64,000 nucleotides of DNA from an uncultured Planctomycetia bacterium (GTDB lineage Bacteria > Omnitrophota > Gorgyraeia > Pluralincolimonadales > Pluralincolimonadaceae). A program made the position numbers and the translations under genes. This document shows positions 28,499 through 37,854 of this stretch, piece by piece. The notes under the pieces are model-generated. The model saw only the letters and a list, made by a program, of their open reading frames with translations. It was not told the DNA's origin and did no database searches. How positions within the stretch are numbered: the first letter of the stretch is position 1; every line of letters begins with the position of its first letter. The DNA is taken from NCBI GenBank assembly GCA_964484255.1, contig CAZAEH010000003.1, positions 19,937 through 83,936 of the forward strand, given 5' to 3'.

Positions 28499-31400
28499 GA
28501 CCGGAGATGGCCAAGAACGGCAAAAAGGTAATTATAGTATTGATAGCGGTGCTGGCGGTGCTGCTTGCCATGCGTTCATGCCACAGGCCTGCCTTCAAGG
28601 CGTCAGTCCGTGAACCTTCTCCGGCCGAGCCTGAGAAGGCGATACCGGTTACCGCAGCGAATCCTTTGGATAATTCAAAGCAAAAGGATGGCCCGATAAA
28701 TGCCGGCGAGTTGGCAACTTTCATACTCGAATGGTCTGATCCTGGTACGGGCCTTGTGCCTACCATGATAGCCAAGTCAGGCGAGAAGAACCCCTTTGCA
28801 GAGATGTCTTATGTGTATCCTCAGGCTCTTGCCCACCAGAATATGGTTATGGCCGGTCAGCACGAATTTTCTTCCAAGGTTGCCGGGTTGTTGATGGAAA
28901 GAGGGGAGACTAGGGACATTCCCAACGGTCTTAACGTAAGGACCGGGTTGAGTGAAGATCCCCTCATAACGGCAGGGCCCAACGCCTGGTGGGGAATAAG
29001 TTTCATAAGGGAATTTCAATTGAGCGGTGATGAAAAATGGCTTGCCGCGGCTGAACGCCGTGCCGAGTTCCTTATAAATCTCCAGGCGGACAACGGGGGC
29101 ATAAGGAAATACCCGTTCCAGGGCAATACGGAATATTATGCTAAGTCGACAGAGGAGAACCTGGACTGTTATGTCCTGTTCGGGATGCTTTACGATATCA
29201 CCGGTAATGGTGTTTACAAGAATGCCATGGACAATATCCTTAAATGGATGGTATCGAGCGGCGTATACAACATAAAAGGAGGGTATTTTACAGCCGGTAC
29301 TTCTAAAGACGAGATAAATGATGTTTATGCTACTGACGCAAACGCACTTGCCATTATAATCCTGGGGCCCGAGGTCCTGGATTCGGAGTTTGGAGTGAAA
29401 TTCGGGGGGATCCGCACAAGCCGCAGGTTGCTTGAGAACCTGGAAAGGGCAAGGGTAAAAGTAGATTATTTGCATCCTAGCGGGGTAAAGGTCAAGAACG
29501 TAGAGGGATTCGATTTTACCGATAAATTCGGCAGGCCGGGCAGAAAACCTGTGCTGTCTCCGGAGTTCTCTTCCCAGGTTGCACTGGCTTATCTTGTTAT
29601 GGCCAAGCACGCAAGGGATAAGGGGGATAATGAAACCGCGGTGAAGTTTGTCGATACGGCAAAGTTATACCTTGATAACCTAGGGCGTATGGCCGCAAGG
29701 ATGGGTGTTTCCGCGTCGCTTCCTTATGCTTCCGAAAAAGGGATCAGGCGCTACCCATTCGATAACTGGCTTACTCCGCAGGCGGATGCCGATATCTCGG
29801 CCACGTGGACGTCATTCCCTCTCTCCGGGTTTAACCCGTTTGACCTCAACGGATTCGCGTTGCGCGACTCACTCAAGGATATTGCTAAGTGGATGAACGA
29901 ACAGGGCAAGGTGACAAAACCCTCCAAAGCGATAGTTATCCCGGAGCAGGAGAGGGTGATATCTGAAGCGGAACTTATCGCGCAGCGGGAGGCCAGCAGG
30001 GATGCCGCCCTCAAGAAACCCATAGTTTATTATAAGGTCCTTTACGACCAGGTCCTCAAGGATGCTACGATAGCCAGGAAGAGGGCCATAGCAGTCCTGA
30101 TGACTAGCTATAATTGCTGGTTTGACGGGGTGTTGGATACGCAAAAACGGGATTATGATGTTATAGGTGTTGACGGCGGTTTCAAGATAATTTACAAGAA
30201 GTTCTCAGACCTCCCGGAGCCCCTGAGCAAAGCTATCAGGTCGGAATATGCCTATTTCGACGATTCGACCGGAATCAAATGGAGGATAGCACCGAAGTAC
30301 AACCTGCGCCTGGATGGTAATTATAAGCCTTATTATGCTTTTGAGATAGACGGCGACTACAACATAGTAAGGCAGTTCTCTTCCGAGAACGACTTGCCTG
30401 AGGCCAACAGGGAAGACCTTAAGAACCAGGCCCAGCAGTTCCAGTCCGCAAAAGACCTGCCAGAGGGCCATTTGATAGCCAGGTATTTTACAGCCCTTGA
30501 AGTTGACGCGGATATGAATATACTCCAATATTATGATTCCGTAGAAGACCTGCCGGGCCTTGTTTCTAAAGTACCTATTACCGAACAGGAATACAAGAAA
30601 TATGTAAACGCGCAGGACTGGCAGAGGGCAGACCTGATATCTGCCGGTGTGGTCCCTGACGACAAGGGCATGCTTGCTACCCAGGAACGCGGCATGTACT
30701 ACGCCAGGGTCCTTGGGCTTGATGAGACAAGGCGATTACGGGTGGGCGGCGTTTCGGTCAAGAGCGGACAGGAAATAGTCATGGGTACCAAGTTCAACCT
30801 CACGAATTGGAGGACGAGCGAGACCTCGAAGTTGAACGCCGTGAAATATGAGCGGGGCCTTATCGAGGGCATGGTCATAAAGCCAAGGAAAGAATTCACC
30901 GGGAGCAGACCTACCCCTACGCAGCCGTTATGGATATACCTCGGCAATGACGTGATAGCTTCGGAGACAAAAGAATTCAAGGAAAGGCTGCTTGAACTGC
31001 TCAAAAGGGTCAGGGAGGAGAAGGATGCGCAGACCCGCCTCGAACTGATCGAACAGTATGACCGCCTTTCCAACGAATTGGCCTGGTATGACGACGACGG
31101 GTTTATCCACGTAATATATTATGGTGCAAAAGCAGCCGAAAAAAGGTTAGGCGAATTCGAGGTGGCAAAAGAAAGGGCTGAATCCACCCTAAGGAGTTAT
31201 GAGTCCATACTGGGCAAGGACGAATTCGGACGAGACCTGCGTGATGCTTCGGGCAGGGTCTGGCTCAAGGTGGTCAATGAAGCTACCGGTAGGGTCCTTT
31301 ATGTGGAGGTCTATGATATTGCCGGTAACCTTGAGACCATATATTCCGAGAATATACAGATAGACCCGCTTACAAAAGTCGTTACTTCTGATATCAGGAC

Positions 31401-34400
31401 GGATATCGAATACGACAAAGACACGCTTCAGGTGGTGGGCGGCCATACTTATCGTACGGATGAGAACGGAGAGTGGCTTTCCGATTTATCCGAGAGCATC
31501 TTCAAAGGTTACACCCCGGATAAGAAATATTTCGTCTCGGAAGTACATGTATTTGCCAGAGATGAAGACGGGAGGATAATATTCGAGGACGGCAAGGCAC
31601 GGTACACAAAGAAAATAGAATATTATACGCCGGAAGGTGATATATCCGCGCAGATAGTCAAAAACATAATAACCATAGTAAAATACGGGCCCGACCAAGA
31701 GGTCACCAAGGAAGTCTTTCTTGAATCGCCCGGCAAGACTTTATCGGATGAGGTCCCTAACCTTGAGAATCTGACCCAAGGTCTCGCGTGGGTACGCCGT
31801 TACAAGACTACCGGGAAGATCATGAATTTCAAGGAAGCATTGACCAAGTCGCTTACGTCCTTGCCCGAAGGTGAAAGGGAGAGGCAGGCTATACTTATAC
31901 TTAACAGGCTTGGCGCAGAGAAGGTAGGCAGGGTCAGCGACAGCCTTGTACTGGAGGAGAACGAGGTAACAAACAACCTCATCGGTGACCCCAACGCTCC
32001 GGGAGAGACGCCCTATTTCGTTTTCTATGAACCTGGGGACAGTCTTGGCAGGCAGAGGTTGATAGTCCGCGGCGGCACTATAGAGGTCCCGGTAGATTGG
32101 ATAGCCGAGACCGAAATACCGGCAAAGACCCTGACGTTCAACCTTGCGGGAGAACTTGTGTCGATAAGCGATGTCGACAACTCTGTCCGCGCAGATTCGA
32201 TACTCTCTCCCAAATATATAAAGAGAATGGAGCCTTTGGGCATATATGCCGATACCCTGTTGCCGCAGATGAAGAAGAGGATATTCAGGATGGTGACCGG
32301 GGAAGACGGGCTTCCGCATTTCACCAATACCGTAGCCATAACAACGGTCAGTTATATGATACCGGATGACGTGCTTGGGAGGGAATTGGTGAACGTCAAG
32401 TTCGTAATGCTCGGCGATGAGACGACATTACATAAAGGAAGCAAGCTTAAGCTCAAGAAGAACATGTTCGGCAGGGACACCCTGCTGGAATCCTGGAAGG
32501 ACGACAGAGGGGAAGACCGCACCCGGGCCATAGCCAAGAAAGAAGATACAGTCATCTATGAGTGGTACAAGGAGGGCCTGGAGGTAGACGAGTTAAGGGA
32601 ATTGCTGAAGTCCGAGTACGGGAAGCTGATCAAGCGAAAGGCGCTTGATGAGGCAATGAATAATATAGAAAAAGCCCCGTTCGGGACACTGCCCGGTTAC
32701 CATATAATAGAGCCAGGCGGACGCGTCGGAGAGATCAAATATTTCTCCGGAACGCTCGAGTATCCGCGCAGCGTATTCAGCCATCCGATGATCAAAATCC
32801 CTTATGAACCTGAGGTGAAACCGTTCAAACTTCCTGACGGACCTCCTATAAGGGGCGTCAAATACGGCGTCTTGAATTCCGACTACGCTTTTTACGATGT
32901 CCATTCCCTGAGCGGGCAGCTGATCGTGCTCGAGCGCCGCTTCATAATATTAAGGCTTATGAACATACTCCCGATACAGGGAGGGAGGCAGACGGAATAT
33001 TATGATCCGCTTGTCCCGTATTCATACCTAAGGCCCATAAAGATAGAAAGATATTTCAAACCCGGTACCCAGCCGGAAGGTACGCAACCGGGTACTCAGA
33101 TAGTAGCGGTTTTCCTCGGAGATGCCAGCGTTTACCATCGCAACGGATGGCAGACGCAGACATTCCTCGAACGCAGGCCGTTCGATATCGAACACTGGAT
33201 AAGGTCTGACTACGAGTTTGATGACAACGGTGTGTATAAGTATAAGAAGGAGCATATTGAAAGCAGCTCAGTATACCTCATGAAGACCATAAGATGGCAG
33301 AAACCCCTTCTCTCTGCCGTGTTATTTGCGGGTGCGCTCTTCATGTCCGGATATATATCCAGAAGGAGACTGAAAGCAGGCAGGACCCGCAGGATAAAAG
33401 TTGCCGAGGATGAAGCAAGGGTACAGGCGCCGCCGAAAGGCGCCATAGCGCCGTTTAACAAGGCCTTGCTGGAAAGATCGAACGTTCCTGAAGAGGTCAA
33501 GAAAGCCTGCATAGATGTCTACGAGGGGAATAAACCTCCGTCCGTGCTTTTTGCCGTGGTCATGGAAAAGTTCCGTCCTTTACTGGAAGAACGTTTCCGT
33601 GGTTTTGGCGCAGATCCTTCAAGGCATACCGCCGGTATAAATGTCATAATAAAGAGGATAGCCGACAGGATAGGGCGCGAGGAGATAATCCTCGGTAACC
33701 TGTTTGCGGTTGAGGCGAGGGAGTTTGAGAAATGGTCGGCCAAGAACGGAAGCGGGATCAGGCTGTCAGGCCTTGGGAATAAGCCGGATGAACTCGCGCT
33801 TGTGGCGCTGTTCCGCCTGATATTTGACGAATCCGTGGAATTCAGGGCGGCGGTGCCAGGTTTCAGGAATTACCTGCTTGATAAATCGCTTGGCATACTG
33901 CGTTCCGGAAAAGGGCCCGATGTATTGAAAGAGATCCGAAGCGATGTGCAGGTGTTCATAGAAGCTTTGAGGCCCGGATATGATAAGAAACTTGGCCTCA
34001 TAAAGGAATATATATTCACTTATGACGACATGAACGACCTTTTCGAAGGCAAGAGGCCGGGATTCATAACTTCTTTCGCTAAACTGGCGGGAGCTTCCGC
34101 GGAACAGAAACTTTTGTTCCTGGCGACAAAAGGCGGCAAGGAGCCCTCATCGGACCCGAAGTCTTATAAGAGCTATGCTTGGATGAAGACATTCCCGGAC
34201 AAGGCCGGTATACCGCAATTCGTCGATAACTTGCGCAGGTTCTGGGAGTTCCTAGTACCGATATTTTCCGTTGTTACCCTCGGCGGAGCGGCTATAGCCT
34301 TGAAGCTCTTGCCGTTTGCCGGGAGGATTGAGCAGCTGTCCGTCCACCTTGTCGGGATTCTTTCTCCGATTGCGCGTTTGTCCCCGAACGTGTTGGCCGT

Positions 34401-37400
34401 GTTCATAGAGATAACCCTCTTGATCCTGGCCGGAGTAATGCTGACGGTATTATTAATGAAACGGAGCCTTGGCAACTACAGGCCGGCTCACCTTGCAAGC
34501 GCGGAAAGCAGCGAGATAAGACGCTCTACCAGGCTGTTCTGGGTGATGTTCTTTTCCGCATCGTACCTGTGGGGCCTGTTCAGCATATTCGTGATAATTT
34601 GGACGGTCAGGATAATAATCAAACTTACGTTCGTGAACGCGGGCTGGGGCTTGTTCATCAACTCAAGCGCGCTGCTGCTTACGTTTACTTTCATACTTTC
34701 CAGTTTCTTCTCCCTGTTCTACATAATAATAGCCCTTATAGGTTTTTACCGGGGAAAGAGGGAAGGGGTCGGCCAGGTCATATCATGGGGCCAACTGAGA
34801 AGGAAATTCGGGTTATCGATGCAGCGTTTCTCGGATGTGATGATGCCCTCAGGGGGGCAGGCTTCCGGCCGTGCTGATGAAACGTGGAAGTCCTATTGGA
34901 ACGCCATGATAAAGGAACTCCATGATTACTATATAATAAGCGGAAGAGAGAAAGAGTCGCTTGTCTATTCATCCGGTAATCCCGCTCCGAAAATTGACAG
35001 GCCGCCGCGCGCCGAAGAGGCCTCGGAAAGGATAAGGATCTATATTAACAGTTGGCTCATGGAACTGCCCAAGGCGGAATCCTGGACGGATCTGCCTTCA
35101 CTGACGGCCATGATAACCGCTTTTAACGAACCTGTCAGTTTCACGTTCGATGAGCTCAACGGTTGCGACAGGGGCGCCGAAGTCACGAGGCTGAACCACC
35201 TGATAGGTTTTTACAGGCCCCAATGGGAAGAGTTTGTCAACAGGCTTGGCAGCTCCGATCTGGGGCAATTTGTGACACGGGAGCAACTAAAGCTGTTATT
35301 CGGCCTTAAGAGGCTCCCGGAAGGGCTGCCTGAACAGCTTAGGGAAAAGATACGCAAGTGGGCTAATCTTACCGTCCAGTGTGTTGAGAAGACGGTCGTG
35401 GAAGTATACAAGATACGGGACGCTTTTGCTATGTACGCCCGTATCTGTTACCCCGGGTTTTCCGACGGAGAGATAGAACGCATGGTTTCCGAGAAGGTCC
35501 AGATATTGCTCAACTATGAGGGGTATCATAGCCCCGCGACCAAGGATTCGGACAGGATAGCCTTGAGAAGATTAATGAAAGAGATGCCGAAGCTCAACGT
35601 TTATTGGTCCGCCAGCGATGCAGATTACACGTCCGGGGAAGACGAAACGGCCGTTGCCTATTTCAAGGGCGGCGACTGCGGCCTGCACAGGTATGATGAG
35701 GCTTCCGGCAGGATAGAACTTATAGAGACCGCGCCTTTTGTAGCGCCCGTTAAAAAAGGTAAGCCGAGCGGCCTAAACCAGGCCTTGCCTTTCATAAAAG
35801 GCGAGACCGTACTTTTCTTCGATGCCAACTGTTCTGTAAGGGTAGAGGATGCCGTAAAGATACCGGTGGCATTATCGGAGTTCAGGAACGATCCCGCTCT
35901 CGGAGAGGTCCTGTTCGCGGAGTATATATTCAACAAGAATTACTCATGGATATCTCAGGCGATAGGTTTCAACGAGGAGACGTTCGTATCCGTTACGCAA
36001 CGCACCCTGAATATATTCCAGGCCTGCGGTTTTTACGGCCATAGTGCGATCATAAGGACCGATATGATAACAGCTGCGGGAGGTTTTCCGCAGGACTACA
36101 TATCAGAGGATATACTGTTGGCTACATCTCTTTGGAAGAAAGGTTTCAGGACCGCTCACAAGGAGTACTTGCTCTTCGGTAAAGGCAGGGAGACCTCATA
36201 TTTTACCAGCCTTGTCCCGCTTACAAAATGGGCCATGGGATCTTCCGATGCCGCCATAGGCAGGGTAATCCCCGGTATATTGGATTCCGAGAAACTGCAC
36301 GTAGCCCAGAAGTTCATGCTTATGTTCGGGTTCTCGTTCTTCTACCAGACTCCGCTAATGTTTATAATCAATTTTCTTTACCTGTGGTTGATGATATGCT
36401 GGGGTATAAACGGTTTCATGGCCGTGCCGTATCCTATAGTATTCGGTATATTGGGGCTGCTTTTCAACCAATCTATAACCGCAACGGGTATCGCATACCT
36501 GCTTGAACATTTTGGATTCAGGAAATCTTTCTCGGCATATTTGAGGCTGGTTGCAAAGAACCATTTCTTCTACGCATCGGTCATACCGGCGTATGCCTTC
36601 GGGTTCCTCGCCGGACTTAAAGGGAAGGCTATATTCATAATAAGCCCGAAAGGGTGGAACCTCGGCCATTTACCGCTTAAGATCATCTGGGGGGAGAAGA
36701 GGGACATACTCAAGGCTTCCATGTTCAGCACGATAATAGGCCTGCCTTTGGCCTATGTGGCGGTGGCGACGAAGTCAATGCCGTTGTGGCTTAGCCCGTT
36801 CATACCGTTCCTGCCTTTTGCCATAGTTGCCTTGATGTATACCGCCGGGGTCAAATGGAACAAGATAGGAATACCGTACCTTAAGAACTGGCGCGACGAG
36901 GTAGTCCCTGACGGGGATATAGGGAAGATGTCGGTGATCAAACTGCAGATGATATATGCCGTGGTCCTTCTCGTCTTCACGGGAGTGGGTTTCGTCATGT
37001 GGGGCCTGATATTCTCATCACTGGCGGTCAAGGCGTTGTTCATATTCTCGGCTCTGTACATAAGTACGACGTTGTCTTTCATAATAATGCCGCTTTTTGC
37101 CCATTCGCAGCCTATAGCACTCTTCAAAGAGTTGACGATCTCGAGGTTCTGGAACTTTGTGATAATGCCGTTGCTGTTTGTTTGTGTTGTCCTGGGCATC
37201 AGTTCTATAGCCTCGGGACCGGCTACTGCGTCTCCTGAATCGGTGGTCTATACACTGCTAGGTATATCTTCCCTGATAGGTTGGGCGTTGCTGAAATGGA
37301 AACTCAGCGGTTATACTCGATTGAATAAATGGCTGAAGAATAACCTGCAAGGCTACCCGGCTGCTTCTTCGGTCCAGAAGTCCGATCTTATGGACGACAT

Positions 37401-37854
37401 GTATTTTTCGCACCAGGAACTCATACAGAGCGACAGGCAGGCCGAGATAAGGTATAACAGGGTACTGGGCAAGGTAAAAGCCGTGTTCATATTTACTATC
37501 CTGTTGACACTCCTGCTCTATTTTGCCTCAGAGTTCAACGCGAAATGCTATTCTCACTGGTTATGGGTTTTTGTGGTGTTAGAGGCAGCGTATATGCTAA
37601 TCCTGAACGTAGAGCATACCTCCGATGACAGGGTCTACCTGGGCAAGTTTTACAGCAGCGTGATCATCAATGATTTTAACAGGCTTAATGAGAACGTCAG
37701 GGCAATGGAAGATATCTGGAAGAAACTGGACCGCGCCTACAAAGCCAAGCTTGTGAGGATCTATGAGGATGAGGTGAGAGCCAAGAAAGCGGTCACGATC
37801 TATATGTCCAGGTGTATAAAGGCGTTCTCGACAGACTTCCAGAAGATTACCTAG
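28495..37854 (+). CDS. 3119-aa multidomain membrane protein: N-terminal anchor + periplasmic GH8-like region + polytopic processive GT2 (cellulose-synthase-like) glycosyltransferase
   Basis: Single 9.36-kb ORF, ATGA-coupled to the upstream gene. N-terminal TM at aa 12-27. GH8-signature-like YATDANALAIIIL at about aa 280. TM at about aa 1610. Two TM clusters flank a cytoplasmic domain. That domain has K-x-x-GLNQAL, an F-F-D-A-N-C D-x-D equivalent, an S-E-D…KGFR TED equivalent, and an L-T-K-W-A-M-G QxxRW equivalent, in the spacing seen in BcsA/chitin/hyaluronan synthases. Confidence 0.6.
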   Translation: MRPEMAKNGKKVIIVLIAVLAVLLAMRSCHRPAFKASVREPSPAEPEKAIPVTAANPLDNSKQKDGPINAGELATFILEWSDPGTGLVPTMIAKSGEKNPFAEMSYVYPQALAHQNMVMAGQHEFSSKVAGLLMERGETRDIPNGLNVRTGLSEDPLITAGPNAWWGISFIREFQLSGDEKWLAAAERRAEFLINLQADNGGIRKYPFQGNTEYYAKSTEENLDCYVLFGMLYDITGNGVYKNAMDNILKWMVSSGVYNIKGGYFTAGTSKDEINDVYATDANALAIIILGPEVLDSEFGVKFGGIRTSRRLLENLERARVKVDYLHPSGVKVKNVEGFDFTDKFGRPGRKPVLSPEFSSQVALAYLVMAKHARDKGDNETAVKFVDTAKLYLDNLGRMAARMGVSASLPYASEKGIRRYPFDNWLTPQADADISATWTSFPLSGFNPFDLNGFALRDSLKDIAKWMNEQGKVTKPSKAIVIPEQERVISEAELIAQREASRDAALKKPIVYYKVLYDQVLKDATIARKRAIAVLMTSYNCWFDGVLDTQKRDYDVIGVDGGFKIIYKKFSDLPEPLSKAIRSEYAYFDDSTGIKWRIAPKYNLRLDGNYKPYYAFEIDGDYNIVRQFSSENDLPEANREDLKNQAQQFQSAKDLPEGHLIARYFTALEVDADMNILQYYDSVEDLPGLVSKVPITEQEYKKYVNAQDWQRADLISAGVVPDDKGMLATQERGMYYARVLGLDETRRLRVGGVSVKSGQEIVMGTKFNLTNWRTSETSKLNAVKYERGLIEGMVIKPRKEFTGSRPTPTQPLWIYLGNDVIASETKEFKERLLELLKRVREEKDAQTRLELIEQYDRLSNELAWYDDDGFIHVIYYGAKAAEKRLGEFEVAKERAESTLRSYESILGKDEFGRDLRDASGRVWLKVVNEATGRVLYVEVYDIAGNLETIYSENIQIDPLTKVVTSDIRTDIEYDKDTLQVVGGHTYRTDENGEWLSDLSESIFKGYTPDKKYFVSEVHVFARDEDGRIIFEDGKARYTKKIEYYTPEGDISAQIVKNIITIVKYGPDQEVTKEVFLESPGKTLSDEVPNLENLTQGLAWVRRYKTTGKIMNFKEALTKSLTSLPEGERERQAILILNRLGAEKVGRVSDSLVLEENEVTNNLIGDPNAPGETPYFVFYEPGDSLGRQRLIVRGGTIEVPVDWIAETEIPAKTLTFNLAGELVSISDVDNSVRADSILSPKYIKRMEPLGIYADTLLPQMKKRIFRMVTGEDGLPHFTNTVAITTVSYMIPDDVLGRELVNVKFVMLGDETTLHKGSKLKLKKNMFGRDTLLESWKDDRGEDRTRAIAKKEDTVIYEWYKEGLEVDELRELLKSEYGKLIKRKALDEAMNNIEKAPFGTLPGYHIIEPGGRVGEIKYFSGTLEYPRSVFSHPMIKIPYEPEVKPFKLPDGPPIRGVKYGVLNSDYAFYDVHSLSGQLIVLERRFIILRLMNILPIQGGRQTEYYDPLVPYSYLRPIKIERYFKPGTQPEGTQPGTQIVAVFLGDASVYHRNGWQTQTFLERRPFDIEHWIRSDYEFDDNGVYKYKKEHIESSSVYLMKTIRWQKPLLSAVLFAGALFMSGYISRRRLKAGRTRRIKVAEDEARVQAPPKGAIAPFNKALLERSNVPEEVKKACIDVYEGNKPPSVLFAVVMEKFRPLLEERFRGFGADPSRHTAGINVIIKRIADRIGREEIILGNLFAVEAREFEKWSAKNGSGIRLSGLGNKPDELALVALFRLIFDESVEFRAAVPGFRNYLLDKSLGILRSGKGPDVLKEIRSDVQVFIEALRPGYDKKLGLIKEYIFTYDDMNDLFEGKRPGFITSFAKLAGASAEQKLLFLATKGGKEPSSDPKSYKSYAWMKTFPDKAGIPQFVDNLRRFWEFLVPIFSVVTLGGAAIALKLLPFAGRIEQLSVHLVGILSPIARLSPNVLAVFIEITLLILAGVMLTVLLMKRSLGNYRPAHLASAESSEIRRSTRLFWVMFFSASYLWGLFSIFVIIWTVRIIIKLTFVNAGWGLFINSSALLLTFTFILSSFFSLFYIIIALIGFYRGKREGVGQVISWGQLRRKFGLSMQRFSDVMMPSGGQASGRADETWKSYWNAMIKELHDYYIISGREKESLVYSSGNPAPKIDRPPRAEEASERIRIYINSWLMELPKAESWTDLPSLTAMITAFNEPVSFTFDELNGCDRGAEVTRLNHLIGFYRPQWEEFVNRLGSSDLGQFVTREQLKLLFGLKRLPEGLPEQLREKIRKWANLTVQCVEKTVVEVYKIRDAFAMYARICYPGFSDGEIERMVSEKVQILLNYEGYHSPATKDSDRIALRRLMKEMPKLNVYWSASDADYTSGEDETAVAYFKGGDCGLHRYDEASGRIELIETAPFVAPVKKGKPSGLNQALPFIKGETVLFFDANCSVRVEDAVKIPVALSEFRNDPALGEVLFAEYIFNKNYSWISQAIGFNEETFVSVTQRTLNIFQACGFYGHSAIIRTDMITAAGGFPQDYISEDILLATSLWKKGFRTAHKEYLLFGKGRETSYFTSLVPLTKWAMGSSDAAIGRVIPGILDSEKLHVAQKFMLMFGFSFFYQTPLMFIINFLYLWLMICWGINGFMAVPYPIVFGILGLLFNQSITATGIAYLLEHFGFRKSFSAYLRLVAKNHFFYASVIPAYAFGFLAGLKGKAIFIISPKGWNLGHLPLKIIWGEKRDILKASMFSTIIGLPLAYVAVATKSMPLWLSPFIPFLPFAIVALMYTAGVKWNKIGIPYLKNWRDEVVPDGDIGKMSVIKLQMIYAVVLLVFTGVGFVMWGLIFSSLAVKALFIFSALYISTTLSFIIMPLFAHSQPIALFKELTISRFWNFVIMPLLFVCVVLGISSIASGPATASPESVVYTLLGISSLIGWALLKWKLSGYTRLNKWLKNNLQGYPAASSVQKSDLMDDMYFSHQELIQSDRQAEIRYNRVLGKVKAVFIFTILLTLLLYFASEFNAKCYSHWLWVFVVLEAAYMLILNVEHTSDDRVYLGKFYSSVIINDFNRLNENVRAMEDIWKKLDRAYKAKLVRIYEDEVRAKKAVTIYMSRCIKAFSTDFQKIT

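Noticed and set aside
28777-29610. 277-aa minus-strand ORF inside the 5' part of the giant gene
   Set aside because: It lies antisense to a region with a continuous 9.36-kb + strand frame showing domain signatures. It has no RBS or motif.
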